Position numbers and translations under genes: made by a program
The notes under the pieces: generated by a model
The model's database searches: none
The model's input: only the letters and a program-made list of their open reading frames with translations
What the model was told of the DNA's origin: nothing
Assembly: GCA_964625275.1 (NCBI GenBank)
Contig: CAZVBH010000001.1
Span: forward strand, 1 to 56,441
Origin: an uncultured Lachnoclostridium sp.
GTDB lineage: Bacteria > Bacillota > Clostridia > Lachnospirales > Lachnospiraceae
Length of the DNA: 56,441 nucleotides
Direction: 5' to 3'
Part shown: piece by piece, positions 16,441-27,081 of the stretch
Layout of the letters: each line of letters starts with the position of its first letter
Numbering within the stretch: the stretch's first letter is position 1

Positions 16441-17184
16441 ATGATTGACGAAACAATTCTCAAGCCGGGAGAACGCTTTGATGATCTGGAAAGAAATGGT
16501 TTTCATATTATTCAAAATCCTGAAAAATTTTGCTTTGGCATAGATGCCGTACTTTTGAGCGGCTTTGCCAGAATAAAAAAAGGCTCAAGAGTTTTGGATT
16601 TATGTACGGGAACTGGTATAATACCTATTCTTTTGGCTGCCAAAACTGAGGCCTCTGAAATAATTGCAGTAGAAATTCAGGAAGAAAGCGCAGACATGGC
16701 AAGAAGAAGTGTTTCGGTAAATGGTCTTGACGAAACCATTCGTATAGACATAGGAGATGTAAAGGATGCCATAAAGAACTATGGCAGGAATACCTTTGAT
16801 GCCGTAACCTGTAATCCTCCCTATACCCCTTGTGGAAAAGGGCTGAAAAATCCTGAGGATGCCAAAGCAATTGCAAGACATGAAATTCTTTGCAATCTAA
16901 GGGATGTATGTGAGCAGGCAGCAGGAGTTCTAAAAGAGGGCGGAAGATTTTTCATGGTTCACCGTCCGGCGAGATTAGTTGAGATAATTACCACAATGAC
17001 AGAGCTCAGACTTGAGCCTAAAAGAATAAAATTTGTTCAGCCGTTTGAGGATAAAAGCCCTAATCTTGTACTGATAGAGGCGGTAAAAAATGGCGGAAGA
17101 GAACTAAAGGTAGAAAAACCGGTTATCGTTTATAAGGAGCCGGGTGTCTACAGCGATGAAATTTATGATATTTATGGATATTAG
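16441..17184 (+). CDS. SAM-dependent methyltransferase of YabB / tRNA1(Val) m6A37 methyltransferase type.
   Basis: SAM motif VLDLCTGTG and catalytic NPPY (CNPPYTP). Confidence 0.8.
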   Translation: MIDETILKPGERFDDLERNGFHIIQNPEKFCFGIDAVLLSGFARIKKGSRVLDLCTGTGIIPILLAAKTEASEIIAVEIQEESADMARRSVSVNGLDETIRIDIGDVKDAIKNYGRNTFDAVTCNPPYTPCGKGLKNPEDAKAIARHEILCNLRDVCEQAAGVLKEGGRFFMVHRPARLVEIITTMTELRLEPKRIKFVQPFEDKSPNLVLIEAVKNGGRELKVEKPVIVYKEPGVYSDEIYDIYGY

Positions 17185-17339
17185 CCATGACCACAAGGTG
17201 GCATCAAGCTTGAAATAGTTAAGCTGACAAACAGGTGGAAAGGTTTGTTAGTTAATTCGTTAATTTATCAGGTTGCAAAAACCCACTACATTTAGATGGT
17301 GGGTAGTTGACTAACTTTGATTTTGAAAGGAATCGGTAT

Positions 17340-18197
17340 ATGTACGGAACGTTGTATTTAGTTGCAACACCAATAGGAAATCTTGAGGATATGACCTACA
17401 GAGCAGTAAGGGTGCTTTCAGAGGTTGACCTGATAGCAGCTGAGGACACAAGAAATTCAATAAAGCTGTTAAATCATTTTGAAATCAAAACGCCGATGAC
17501 CAGTTATCATGAATATAACAAAATAGATAAAGGTCATGAGCTCGTAGCAAAGCTGCAAAGTGGAAATAACATAGCTTTAATTACAGATGCAGGCATGCCG
17601 GGCATATCTGACCCGGGAGAAGAGCTTGTTGCAATGTGTCATGCAGCAGGGGTAACGGTCACTATTGTGCCGGGAGCCTGTGCAGCGGTTTCGGCTCTTG
17701 CCGTATCCGGACTTCCAACCAGAAGATTTGCCTTTGAAGCCTTTTTGCCTCCCGAAAAAACAGAGAAGCGAAAAAGAAATGAAATTCTTGAAGAACTGAA
17801 GAATGAAACAAGAACCCTGATTATTTATGAGGCCCCTCACAGACTGGTAAAAACCTTAGCCCAGCTTGAAGAGGTACTTGGAGACAGACGTATTTCTGTA
17901 GTAAGAGAGCTTACAAAAAAGCACGAAGAGGTCTTTAGGTCCAGCATAAAAGGAGCCAGGGAATATTTTGAGGTCAATGAGCCGAAGGGCGAATTTGTAC
18001 TAGTAATAGAAGGAAAAAGCAGAAAAGAAATCCGTCAGGAAGAGATAACTGAGTGGGAGAAAATGACTGCCACTGAGCACCTCAAGCTTTATCTTGACCA
18101 GGGTATGGACAAAAAAAGCGCCATGAAGGCAGTAGCCGCCGACAGAGGCGTAGGAAAAAGAGAAATATATTCACAGCTGCTTGAAGAAGAAAAGTAG
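17340..18197 (+). CDS. rsmI: 16S rRNA (cytidine1402-2'-O)-methyltransferase.
   Basis: GTLYLVATPIGNLEDMT, ITDAGMPGISDPG. ATG 17340 is preferred (GAAAGGA upstream); the ORF track starts at TTG 17307. Confidence 0.9.
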   Translation: MYGTLYLVATPIGNLEDMTYRAVRVLSEVDLIAAEDTRNSIKLLNHFEIKTPMTSYHEYNKIDKGHELVAKLQSGNNIALITDAGMPGISDPGEELVAMCHAAGVTVTIVPGACAAVSALAVSGLPTRRFAFEAFLPPEKTEKRKRNEILEELKNETRTLIIYEAPHRLVKTLAQLEEVLGDRRISVVRELTKKHEEVFRSSIKGAREYFEVNEPKGEFVLVIEGKSRKEIRQEEITEWEKMTATEHLKLYLDQGMDKKSAMKAVAADRGVGKREIYSQLLEEEK

Positions 18198-18231
18198 AGC
18201 TATGCTGTTGATTGACAAAAAGGAGTTATTT

Positions 18232-18924
18232 ATGTTAGGAATTATTGGAGCAATGGACGAAGAGGTCGATAAGCTCAAGACAGAAATGACAGAAGTACAG
18301 GTGAAGTCTAAGGCCTGCATGGATTTTTATAAAGGAAAGCTTGGCGGAAATGAAGTAGTGGTAGTTCGCTCAGGCATCGGAAAGGTCAATGCCGGAATAT
18401 GTGCTCAGATTTTAGCAGATGATTATGAAGTATCAGGAATAATAAACACCGGCATAGCAGGCTCACTTCGTGCAGAAATAAACATCGGTGACATCGTAAT
18501 TTCCACAGATGCGATTCAGCATGACATGGATGCAGTTGCCTTTGGCTATCCGTTAGGACAGATACCACGTATGGATACGCTTTCATTTCCGGCTGACAAG
18601 ATTCTTTCAGAGCGTGCGGTAAGCTGCTGCAAAAAGGTGCTTCCTGAGCTTCAGGTTTTTACAGGCAGGGTAGCCAGCGGAGATGAATTTGTTGCAAAGA
18701 AGGAACGCAAGGATTTTATATTCAGCGAGTTTGATGCTTACTGTTGTGAAATGGAGGGCGCAGCAATTGCTCAGGCAGCCTATTTAAACAAAATTCCATT
18801 CGTTATTATCAGAGCAATTTCAGATAAGGCTGATGACAGTGCCCACATGGATTATCCAACCTTTGAGGCAATGGCAATAGCCAATTCGGTTAAATTAATA
18901 AAAGAAATGGTGGCAGGTGAATAA
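18232..18924 (+). CDS. mtnN: 5'-methylthioadenosine/S-adenosylhomocysteine nucleosidase.
   Basis: MLGIIGAMDEEV..., SGIGKVNA, CEMEGAAIAQ. ATG 18232 follows AAAAGGAG. Confidence 0.9.
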   Translation: MLGIIGAMDEEVDKLKTEMTEVQVKSKACMDFYKGKLGGNEVVVVRSGIGKVNAGICAQILADDYEVSGIINTGIAGSLRAEINIGDIVISTDAIQHDMDAVAFGYPLGQIPRMDTLSFPADKILSERAVSCCKKVLPELQVFTGRVASGDEFVAKKERKDFIFSEFDAYCCEMEGAAIAQAAYLNKIPFVIIRAISDKADDSAHMDYPTFEAMAIANSVKLIKEMVAGE

Positions 18925-19409
18925 TGGAGAAAATAGCCAGTTTTACAATTGATCATTTAAAGCTTCTTCCGGGAATTTATGTATCGAGAAAAGACCATAT
19001 CGGTAACGAGGTTGTGACAACCTTTGACATTAGAATGACAAGACCTAATTATGAGCCGGTTATGAATACTGCCGAAGTACATACAATAGAGCATTTGGCA
19101 GCAACCTTTCTCAGAAATGATGCTGAATATGGCAGCAAGGTGGTATATTTTGGACCAATGGGCTGTCGAACCGGTTTTTATCTCCTCCTTGCGGGAGACT
19201 ATGAATCAAAGGACATTATTCCGCTTATGAGACGTCTCTTTGAGTTTATGGCAGACTTCAGAGACGAGGTACCGGGTGCAGCAGCAAAAGACTGTGGTAA
19301 TTATCTGGATATGAATCTGCCAATGGCCAATTATTTAAGCCGCAGATTTTTGGATGAGGTTCTAAGAGAAATTACTGGTGAGCATCTGGTATATCCTGAT
19401 AGCCTTTAA
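18924..19409 (+). CDS. luxS: S-ribosylhomocysteine lyase.
   Basis: HTIEHL metal motif and GCRTGFYL. TAATG overlap with mtnN. Confidence 0.95.
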   Translation: MEKIASFTIDHLKLLPGIYVSRKDHIGNEVVTTFDIRMTRPNYEPVMNTAEVHTIEHLAATFLRNDAEYGSKVVYFGPMGCRTGFYLLLAGDYESKDIIPLMRRLFEFMADFRDEVPGAAAKDCGNYLDMNLPMANYLSRRFLDEVLREITGEHLVYPDSL

Positions 19410-20082
19410 TATTTTTTAAAATATGTCTGTCACTTTCTAAGACACTGAGCATATGATATTTAAGTAAAAAAGCGACGGTATAATATTTTCCGTCATAGCC
19501 TGTTTTAAGAATATCAAGCAGAGGCATAACATATTCATAGGTTTCATTGATGTAACGCACAATGCGATTTTTGTCAAAGGCAGTTGCCATCGTTGAAACA
19601 TTATTACAGCGGTCGATGACCTTGACGATTGTAGCAATTCTATTTTTACTGATTGCGGCATAGTAACGGTCATGGGCCTCTTTTTTTGTCTCGCCATCCT
19701 TACGCTTATAGGTAAGACATCTGACAGCCTCCTGAATTTCGGAATTAAAAGGAAGCTCATCAGGCTCTACATTACAGTCCTCGCAGACATCATGAAGCAG
19801 AATACTGGCAATAATATTGTCTTCATCGACACCGAGGGCAAAGGCATGACAAGCCATCAGAAGAGGATGATTAATATAAGGAATGTGTTCCTTGCCCTTG
19901 CGTGTCTGACCATTGTGGAAGGTTTTCATAAGAGGAAGTGCAACCTGAGTAGAGGAAAGGTCTCTTAGCTCAGCGGCGCGTTCAACGAAGCCATACATAT
20001 TGTCCTCAGAGAAAATACGGTCATGTAGCTCCCAGGACTCAGGATCGGGTTTAAGATATAGGTCAAATTCATCTAAATTCAT
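19372..20082 (-). CDS. HD-domain protein of the RelA/SpoT-type (p)ppGpp hydrolase fold.
   Basis: YINHPLLMACH ... ILLHDVCEDC (HD motif) ... KVIDRCNN. Confidence 0.7.
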   Translation of the reverse strand: MNLDEFDLYLKPDPESWELHDRIFSEDNMYGFVERAAELRDLSSTQVALPLMKTFHNGQTRKGKEHIPYINHPLLMACHAFALGVDEDNIIASILLHDVCEDCNVEPDELPFNSEIQEAVRCLTYKRKDGETKKEAHDRYYAAISKNRIATIVKVIDRCNNVSTMATAFDKNRIVRYINETYEYVMPLLDILKTGYDGKYYTVAFLLKYHMLSVLESDRHILKNIKGYQDIPDAHQ

Positions 20083-20199
20083 TTAAGAGCTCCTCTTTCT
20101 GTCAGCCTGGCTTTAGATAAAAGCCTTATGCTTATAATAAAAGCTAAATAGAATAAGTGCAAGAGGAAAATACAACTTTGCAATAAAACTTCTTGCTTT

Positions 20200-20862
20200 T
20201 TATTCTGAAACAGCAGTTACCTCGTGCATAATTCGAGCATATAGTATTCCTATAAGTGTACTAAAGAGAGTTGCAAAAAGCCCTGCGCCGACAATTGCAG
20301 CAGGATTAACACTACCATACTTACTTCTGTAAGCGATTATATTGACGGGAATAAGCTGCAGAGAAGAAATATTTATTATAAGAAAGGTACACATGGCATT
20401 GCTGGCAGAATCAGGATTTAAGGACTTGAGCTGTCTCTTACTAAGCAGCCTACCCTTTTGTTTAGTCCTTTTTAGCATTATTTGACAATGCTCTTCATGA
20501 CAGCTCTTAAGCTCCTTCATGGCTAAAATGCCGCTCGGAGTGGCAGCCCAGCCAAGACCTAAAATATTGGCAGTCATGTTCATTGCAATATATTCACAGG
20601 CTTTGCTGCCCTTTGGTATGTCGGGATAAAGAAAGCTGATAATACCGGACAAAAGCTTTGTGATTTTTTTGATTAATCCGGTCTTTTCTGCCACCTTCAT
20701 AAAGCCGCTCCAAAGACCGACGATTCCACACATATATATGACAAGCTCGACCGCAGCAGTAGAGCTCTCAAGAATTCCGGTTCCAAGCTCCTCTGCCACG
20801 CCGGTAACTATACCAAAGCCGATTCCGAGAATCAGCATGATTTCCCATAAATAATTCAGCAA
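20200..20862 (-). CDS. Nucleoside-recognition (Gate) domain membrane protein, SpmA-like.
   Basis: MLNYLWEIMLILGIGFGIVTG... Polytopic. There is a basic insert (KRTKQKGRLLSKRQLK). No spmB-like partner is adjacent. Confidence 0.6.
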   Translation of the reverse strand: MLNYLWEIMLILGIGFGIVTGVAEELGTGILESSTAAVELVIYMCGIVGLWSGFMKVAEKTGLIKKITKLLSGIISFLYPDIPKGSKACEYIAMNMTANILGLGWAATPSGILAMKELKSCHEEHCQIMLKRTKQKGRLLSKRQLKSLNPDSASNAMCTFLIINISSLQLIPVNIIAYRSKYGSVNPAAIVGAGLFATLFSTLIGILYARIMHEVTAVSE

Positions 20863-21014
20863 GGCCTCTCCTACTATGTATAATAGCTCTCATGTATTAT
20901 ATATGAGCCAAAAGTATTTCTATTACCAGTCATTATAAACATATCAAAAACCCTTAAAGCTATATTGTCTGCAATAAAACACGTCAATATTTGGAAAATA
21001 TCTTTCATAAACAC

Positions 21015-21043
21015 TTGTAGAAAATAAACACTGGGTATATAAT
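21015..21043 (+). promoter_or_regulatory. Sigma-A-type promoter upstream of the double MerR gene.
   Basis: TTGTAG (21015-21020), 17 nt, TATAAT (21038-21043). Confidence 0.5.
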
Positions 21044-21146
21044 GAGACTGGGTAACAAAGTTAACTGGTACGGGCTGATAGCGAGGGGCTATTTCAGACG
21101 GGAGGAAAGATTAATAAAGCCCGGAATTTTCGACAGAGGAGAAGAC

Positions 21147-22904
21147 ATGGAAAGCTTATTAGTTACAGGGGAGTTTATGGAATTAACAGATGTCACAAGA
21201 AATACCCTGATTCATTATGACAATATCGGACTATTAAAACCGGTCATGACCAATAAACGTGGAGACCGCTTTTACCATCCCTTTCAGGCTTATACGATGA
21301 GCCTGATTCAAAATTTTCAGGCCGCGGGCATGAGTCTTGACAGCATCAAAAAAGCGTTTTCGGGAGCAGATGACGGAAGCGGCGTAATCGATGTTTACAA
21401 AAATAATGGAGAAGAAATCAAAAAAGCAAGTGAAGGGCTTCACGAACAGTACAGAGAATCCGTAAGAGCCTATCGCTATATTGAAAAAACAGCTGATGTG
21501 GCAAAATTTTTCAATAAGTATGATCCGGAAGGAGATCCTGTTCTTACATCCATAAAAATCCAGGGAAGCTGTAAGATGACTTTTTTTGATGGACGACTAT
21601 CCATGATAGGTAAGGCATACTATGATCAGGTAAGCGCTCACATTAAAAATACTTATGGCAAGCTTCGCGACGGCACCTTCCCGATTGTAACGCATTTTGC
21701 AAAAGATGATTTTATGAATGGCAATGATTATGCCTATGCAATCAGCACCTATACACTCTACAAAGGAAATCGCAGCTTTGATGAGCTTTCTAAGATGGAT
21801 TGTGTTATTATGCGTAGAAATGGAGATGCAAAGCAGCTGCCATTTGCAATGCAGAAAATACGAGAATTTATGGTTAAGAACAATCTTGTGCTCGCAGACA
21901 ATCTTGTCATAATGACTAATGTATTCAATGTTGACGGACAGGGCAAGAGGTTTGCAGACCGTCTTATTGTTGCACCGGTCGTTAAAAATGATGGCACACA
22001 GACCGTTAAATTTAATGAAAATTTGGAAGAAAAGCTGGCTGCCTATGAAAAAAATCAGGCGGATATTGATGAATTAGTTTCCTCCGGTGAATTTATAAAA
22101 ATGTGTGGAATTACAAGAAATACCCTCAATTTTTATGAAAAAAACAATCTGATTCATCCGGCAGTGATTAAAGATAATGGCTATAAGCTCTATGGAGTTT
22201 CTCAGCTCTTCCAGTATATCAGCATAAAAGGTCTTAAGCAGGCAGGCTTTTCAATAGATGAAATTAAGCATCAGATTACCTACAAGGATGGTATGTATGC
22301 AATAGATACAACTCATGATGAGTTTATTGAAAAACAGAAAAAGCTGATACGTGAAAATATTGATAAATATGTTACGAAAATTCTTGCAATGAAAAACATC
22401 TGTGGATGGCTTAGTGAGTTTGCAAAAATTGAAGATAAAATTAGTGTAGATGTAGTTCTTGACAGAAACTGGTTCTACAGACCGATTCCTTATGAAAAGG
22501 ACAATAAAGGAAGCACCAGAGGCATAAGACATGAGCTGGTGCGAACAGTGAAAAGAGCGAAGCACAATCCTGACATAATTCCTTATCCTGTCGGAGCGGT
22601 GCTTTCAAGAGACTTAGATCCCGAAAAGGATTCCTCAATGGTTCTGATTCATCCCGGCAAAGCAAGGCATGGAGACCGTAAGATGAATGGTCTGTATCGT
22701 GTTTTTTCAATGCGTGCGGATGGCTTGAATTTCAGGGAAAAAATAAAAGCCTTCGCTGATGGAATCAATAACGAAGGCATTTATAAAATACGTGGTGATA
22801 TTATATCAGTTTTCTACTCAATTGAAAAAAGAGTTACTGAGCAGTTAAATCTTGATGAGATGACCTTGATTTGTGCAGTTATTTTCCCTTTGCAGAAGAG
22901 GTGA
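21147..22904 (+). CDS. Tandem-fused MerR-family regulator with two complete HTH + effector-domain modules.
   Basis: HTH 1 is LLVTGEFMELTDVTRNTLIHYDNIGLLKP...; HTH 2 (from ~22070) is LVSSGEFIKMCGITRNTLNFYEKNNLIHP... ATG 21147 follows AGAGGAG. Confidence 0.75.
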   Translation: MESLLVTGEFMELTDVTRNTLIHYDNIGLLKPVMTNKRGDRFYHPFQAYTMSLIQNFQAAGMSLDSIKKAFSGADDGSGVIDVYKNNGEEIKKASEGLHEQYRESVRAYRYIEKTADVAKFFNKYDPEGDPVLTSIKIQGSCKMTFFDGRLSMIGKAYYDQVSAHIKNTYGKLRDGTFPIVTHFAKDDFMNGNDYAYAISTYTLYKGNRSFDELSKMDCVIMRRNGDAKQLPFAMQKIREFMVKNNLVLADNLVIMTNVFNVDGQGKRFADRLIVAPVVKNDGTQTVKFNENLEEKLAAYEKNQADIDELVSSGEFIKMCGITRNTLNFYEKNNLIHPAVIKDNGYKLYGVSQLFQYISIKGLKQAGFSIDEIKHQITYKDGMYAIDTTHDEFIEKQKKLIRENIDKYVTKILAMKNICGWLSEFAKIEDKISVDVVLDRNWFYRPIPYEKDNKGSTRGIRHELVRTVKRAKHNPDIIPYPVGAVLSRDLDPEKDSSMVLIHPGKARHGDRKMNGLYRVFSMRADGLNFREKIKAFADGINNEGIYKIRGDIISVFYSIEKRVTEQLNLDEMTLICAVIFPLQKR

Positions 22905-24537
22905 AATTAACCTCCTGCATGTCGCTGAACTCCTCAGGTCGCACATATCTTACCTCAGAGAGCTCATCATCAGGAAGAATGGTTTTTTCTGTGTCATATT
23001 GCTTTGAAAAGAGCTTATCCTTAGGTGCTCTTTTAACAGGAAAAACGAGCAGGATGACAATAGTACCAATTAAAAATATCAAAGCGCCACAGATGGCGGC
23101 AAATGATTTGGCAGGTGTATATAAATTATATATGCCTGCCTTTATTTTATTCCAGGTCGTATTTTTCTCTGTCTTTACCGTAGCTACAGAATACTGATTT
23201 ACGCCTTGAGCGTTATCAGGATTTATCAGAAAAGAAGGAAAATATTTTGCAAATTCTGAAGCCAGCATTGAAGCATTTTCCGTATAAAAAAGAATATCTG
23301 CCTTGCCGGCATACTGACCATTATAATAAAAGTCAACTGCTCCAATGACATTTTCACCGTAGAGGTAATCATCAATCTGAACCAGAGAAATTTCATGAGT
23401 GATAAGGGCACTATCTGTCCCGGCAGGAACGATGACGGTAGCTGATTCATCAATATAAACAGATTGAGAATCCTCCGCCTCGAACATTTCACAGTTAGAA
23501 AAAAGTGTTCCGATTCCCGTTGTGGAGGAAGACAGAAGCTCAGTTACAGACTTTGCCTCATAAGCATCAAAGGCATAGTCAAAAAGCTTTTTTGTATCCT
23601 CATAGGTCGTTTCATTTTCAGGAGCATTAAGCACAATACAAACAAGATTAAGACCTTTATAGGAAGCATAAGTGCAAAGAGCCCAGGTACCATCACCGCC
23701 GTAAGCTGTTCCACCTGTTTTTCCGGCATAGGTATAGCTGTAGCTGTCCTTGCCATTTATAAATCTATGGGTATTGGAAATGGTAATTCCACCGGAGGAT
23801 AAGCCTAAGGAGGACGTACCGAGAATTGTTTTTAGCTCAGGCTCGGATTTCATAAGTGCAGAGGCAACAAGTGCCAAATCATAGGCACAGCTGCTTTGAC
23901 CTTCTTCGTATTTACCCAGACCGTTTACAAAATTAGAATTTAATAAGCCGAGCTCCTTACCATAGGAGTTCATAAGGGCTGCAAAACCGGTCATGCTTCC
24001 ACCTGCCTTTTCGCAAAGTGAATAAGTGGAATCCTCAGCAGAGGCAACCAAAGAGCCCTTTATTGCATCATATACGGAATAGGTACTGCCGGAGGTATAG
24101 CCAACATTTGCAGCGGTAGGAAAATCCTGTGAGGCTGCAGTCGTAGAGCAGGTAATTGTCTGAGTAAGCTCTAATTCATTAAAGCATACATAGGCTGTTA
24201 AAAGCTTTGTAAGACTAGAAGGCTGTTCACTCTCTAAAGCATTTTTTGCATACAGAACAGAACCGGAATTAATATCCATGACAACTGCTGCTCCGGAGGT
24301 TATTTCAGGACCATCAGTCAGCAAGGGTTCAGTTTCATCTCTGCTCACATTTGTTCTATCTATAGCTGATGAAGCTGATGTACTATTATCGTCATCTGAT
24401 GAAAGGTCTGCTTCATTGTCATCCGTTTCGGCGAACGCTCTTTGAAAAAAATCAGACTGTACGGATGAAGGAAAAAAGCCGCAGGCAAGAATTCCGGCGG
24501 CTGTAAGTACAGCTGTTATAATTTTAAAACTACGCAT
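22879..24537 (-). CDS. Serine-type D-Ala-D-Ala carboxypeptidase (peptidase S11) with a signal peptide and a C-terminal TM anchor.
   Basis: SxxK motif (SSLTK) and KTG motif (AGKTGGT), N-terminal signal sequence, C-terminal helix FAAICGALIFLIGTIVILLVF. Confidence 0.85.
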   Translation of the reverse strand: MRSFKIITAVLTAAGILACGFFPSSVQSDFFQRAFAETDDNEADLSSDDDNSTSASSAIDRTNVSRDETEPLLTDGPEITSGAAVVMDINSGSVLYAKNALESEQPSSLTKLLTAYVCFNELELTQTITCSTTAASQDFPTAANVGYTSGSTYSVYDAIKGSLVASAEDSTYSLCEKAGGSMTGFAALMNSYGKELGLLNSNFVNGLGKYEEGQSSCAYDLALVASALMKSEPELKTILGTSSLGLSSGGITISNTHRFINGKDSYSYTYAGKTGGTAYGGDGTWALCTYASYKGLNLVCIVLNAPENETTYEDTKKLFDYAFDAYEAKSVTELLSSSTTGIGTLFSNCEMFEAEDSQSVYIDESATVIVPAGTDSALITHEISLVQIDDYLYGENVIGAVDFYYNGQYAGKADILFYTENASMLASEFAKYFPSFLINPDNAQGVNQYSVATVKTEKNTTWNKIKAGIYNLYTPAKSFAAICGALIFLIGTIVILLVFPVKRAPKDKLFSKQYDTEKTILPDDELSEVRYVRPEEFSDMQEVNFTSSAKGK

Positions 24538-24553
24538 TTGCTGCCCTTTCTAA

Positions 24554-25297
24554 TTATTGCTTTTTGCCCTGGCCATAGTAGGCATTAGGACCATGTTTTC
24601 TAAGATAGTGTTTATCCAAGAGAACATCATTAATCTCAGGCAAATCATTTTGTGCCTTGATGCTTGAAGAATGGTAAGACATTCCCGCAACCTTAACTGC
24701 TGAAGAATGATAGGACATTCTTGCAACCTCTTCAAGAACTACAGCATTTACAACTGCTGCCTTTGGAGAATTTCCCCAGGTAAAAGGACCATGAGAAGCC
24801 ACGAGAACGGCAGGAACACTCTTGTAATCATTGTCTTTACTAAAGGTTTCAGTAATTACAAGACCTGTATTTTTTTCATAGTCGCCACGAATTTCGTCAT
24901 CAGTCATATCCCTCGTGCAAGGAATAGTTCCATAGAAATGGTCTGCATGAGTGGTTCCACCTGCAGGAATTGAGGTCTTAGCCTGTGAAAAAACAGTTGC
25001 CCAATGAGAATGAGTGTGGACAACCCCACCGATTTCAGGCCAGGCCTTGTAGAGTTCAAGATGAGTAGGTAAATCAGAAGAAGGATTAAGATTACCCTCA
25101 ACTACATTGCCCTCAAGGTCAGTTACTACCATATCAGCTGCTTTCATTGCATCATAGTCAACTCCTGAAGGCTTGATAACAACAAGACCTTTTTCGCGGT
25201 CTATACCTGAAACATTTCCCCAGGTAAAAATAACAAGACCATGCTTGGGAAGCATAAGATTAGCTTCCAGTACAGATTGCTTTAATTCCTCTAACAT
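24554..25297 (-). CDS. araD: L-ribulose-5-phosphate 4-epimerase.
   Basis: Class II aldolase/epimerase motifs ([32 protein letters not shown]). Confidence 0.85.
   Translation of the reverse strand: MLEELKQSVLEANLMLPKHGLVIFTWGNVSGIDREKGLVVIKPSGVDYDAMKAADMVVTDLEGNVVEGNLNPSSDLPTHLELYKAWPEIGGVVHTHSHWATVFSQAKTSIPAGGTTHADHFYGTIPCTRDMTDDEIRGDYEKNTGLVITETFSKDNDYKSVPAVLVASHGPFTWGNSPKAAVVNAVVLEEVARMSYHSSAVKVAGMSYHSSSIKAQNDLPEINDVLLDKHYLRKHGPNAYYGQGKKQ
24665..24736 (-). repeat. Imperfect 36-bp in-frame tandem duplication inside araD ([12 protein letters not shown] / [12 protein letters not shown]).
   Basis: tgaagaatgGtaAgacattcCCgcaacc (24665-) versus tgaagaatgAtaGgacattcTTgcaacc (24701-). Confidence 0.8.
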
Positions 25298-25299
25298 AT

Positions 25300-26940
25300 T
25301 TATTCTCCTTTCACTTCATTACTAAGCCTTGCAAGTCTCTTTAAGACTTCATTGGCTCCGCCACCAAAATAATTGGAAAGCTTTTTGTATTCGTTGTAAA
25401 GTCGTTCGTAGATAACTACGTTTTCAGACACAGGATAGCAGGTTAAAATATTGCTTTCACCCATAGCCGATGAGGCAGTGAGAATATCCTCATAGCCACC
25501 CATCGTACTTCCGGCCGCAACAGCACCATAGATTGAAGCACCAAGAGCGGCACTATTATCAGTAGCAGCAGTATGTACAGGTATTCCTAAAATATCAGCA
25601 AAAAGCTGAAGAAGTTTATCATTCTCTGTTAAAGTAGTTCCCGTAAAATAGTAATCAGATACCGGAATACCGGATTCATTTAATTTATTAACCAGAGCTT
25701 TAAGGTTAAAGGCATATTCCTCCAGAGTGGAACGAAGTATGTCCCAAGGATTTGTTTCCTCCTGAAGACCAACAAGAACACTGCCAAGAGATTTTTCACT
25801 TGCTGACCAATTTGAACCATGTTTGCCTGAAACAGCTATAATGCCACATTCGCCTGCTTTTTCAGCCAAGGCTCTTTCAATAATCTCATTTCTAAAAGAG
25901 GCAGGTGGCATACTGATGCTCTTTGAAAATTCGCTTAAAATGGTATCTAAATCGCTGCCGGAGGTAACATAATAAGACAGTGCTTCATTTAAATTGTCGG
26001 CATGAAAGCGAGAAAAGCTATTTACAAATTTTTCTCTATCAGAAAGAATGACATTTGTCGAACAGCCGGCGCCGGTTGTAATAAGCCTTCCGAGTTCACT
26101 TATCTTAAGGGCAGGGAAAACTGCCTGCAAAGCGGTAATGCCTACACTGACAGACGTATTCTGATTAAGACCGAGAGCAGAAGCTACGGCAGGAGCCAGA
26201 GTACCTGCTCTTTTGCCGGTTGAGCTAAAACCTCCTGCAAGCTTGGTATTAGCTAGATTTTTGAGGGCGGAATCAATGGCAACTAAAAATTCTTCCGAAG
26301 GATAATTATTATCAAGAAGAAGCATTGAAAGCTCAGCCAATTCAGAAGACCTCAAATAGATTCCTGTAAGCTGCCATACAACCCAGTCAGAGGCTTCAAT
26401 AAAATAATCACAAAGCTCATAAACCTTAGGAGCTTCCTTAAAGGTCTCAACGATTTTAGCGAGAGAGCAGAATGAATTAATCTGACCGCCACTTACGGAT
26501 AGAAAATCTTCACCGCGGTTTTGGGCAATTTCTAACAGCTTCTTAGCAATTTTATCAGAGGCTGCATGAGTAGGCAGCTTGGCATATGCATGAGGCTCAT
26601 TCATATATTCGTTAAAAAAGCAGACAGGAGTGCCATCTCTCATCACCGGAAGAATGGTTCCGGGAACGAAGCTTATTCCTATACCAATAACCTCGCAGGA
26701 ATTTATTCCGGCCTCTTTAATTACTGCCGGAATTGTTTCTGTAAGAACATCGAGATAGTCCATAGGATGAGAAAGAGAGAAGTCTAAAGGAACTGTCTTT
26801 CCATTTGGAAGCTGCATAGGCTTCACTGCATGGGCATAATTTTTAACTTTTTTTGCCGACACTTCGCCGGTCTCTGTATTTACTAAAATGGTGTTGGCAA
26901 AGGATAGTCCATAATCAACACCAATACTATATTTTGCCAT
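25300..26940 (-). CDS. araB: FGGY-family carbohydrate kinase, probable ribulokinase.
   Basis: N-terminal YSIGVDYG, length ~546 aa, 2-nt gap to araD. Confidence 0.65.
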   Translation of the reverse strand: MAKYSIGVDYGLSFANTILVNTETGEVSAKKVKNYAHAVKPMQLPNGKTVPLDFSLSHPMDYLDVLTETIPAVIKEAGINSCEVIGIGISFVPGTILPVMRDGTPVCFFNEYMNEPHAYAKLPTHAASDKIAKKLLEIAQNRGEDFLSVSGGQINSFCSLAKIVETFKEAPKVYELCDYFIEASDWVVWQLTGIYLRSSELAELSMLLLDNNYPSEEFLVAIDSALKNLANTKLAGGFSSTGKRAGTLAPAVASALGLNQNTSVSVGITALQAVFPALKISELGRLITTGAGCSTNVILSDREKFVNSFSRFHADNLNEALSYYVTSGSDLDTILSEFSKSISMPPASFRNEIIERALAEKAGECGIIAVSGKHGSNWSASEKSLGSVLVGLQEETNPWDILRSTLEEYAFNLKALVNKLNESGIPVSDYYFTGTTLTENDKLLQLFADILGIPVHTAATDNSAALGASIYGAVAAGSTMGGYEDILTASSAMGESNILTCYPVSENVVIYERLYNEYKKLSNYFGGGANEVLKRLARLSNEVKGE

Positions 26941-27081
26941 TAAAAAATCCTTTCCATGTAAGTCCTAAAAATCAAATCTAAAAATGAAATCTGCTTTTAG
27001 AAAGCTAAAACTTACAATAATGCAAGCTTAAATGAGTAAGATATAAAGCTGTTTGTAGGATAAGCCTTGAAAAATGTGAAA

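Noticed and set aside
17185-17306. Three short hairpins between the methyltransferase gene and rsmI, considered as an ncRNA
   Set aside because: The stems are short, there is no U-tract or recognisable family, and ordinary intergenic structure explains them.
27040-27055. AATGAGTA half-sites (also near 36612 and 53593), considered as additional members of the CTCATTTTGAG regulon
   Set aside because: An 8-mer half-site is expected by chance once or twice in 56 kb on both strands, so this is not significant.
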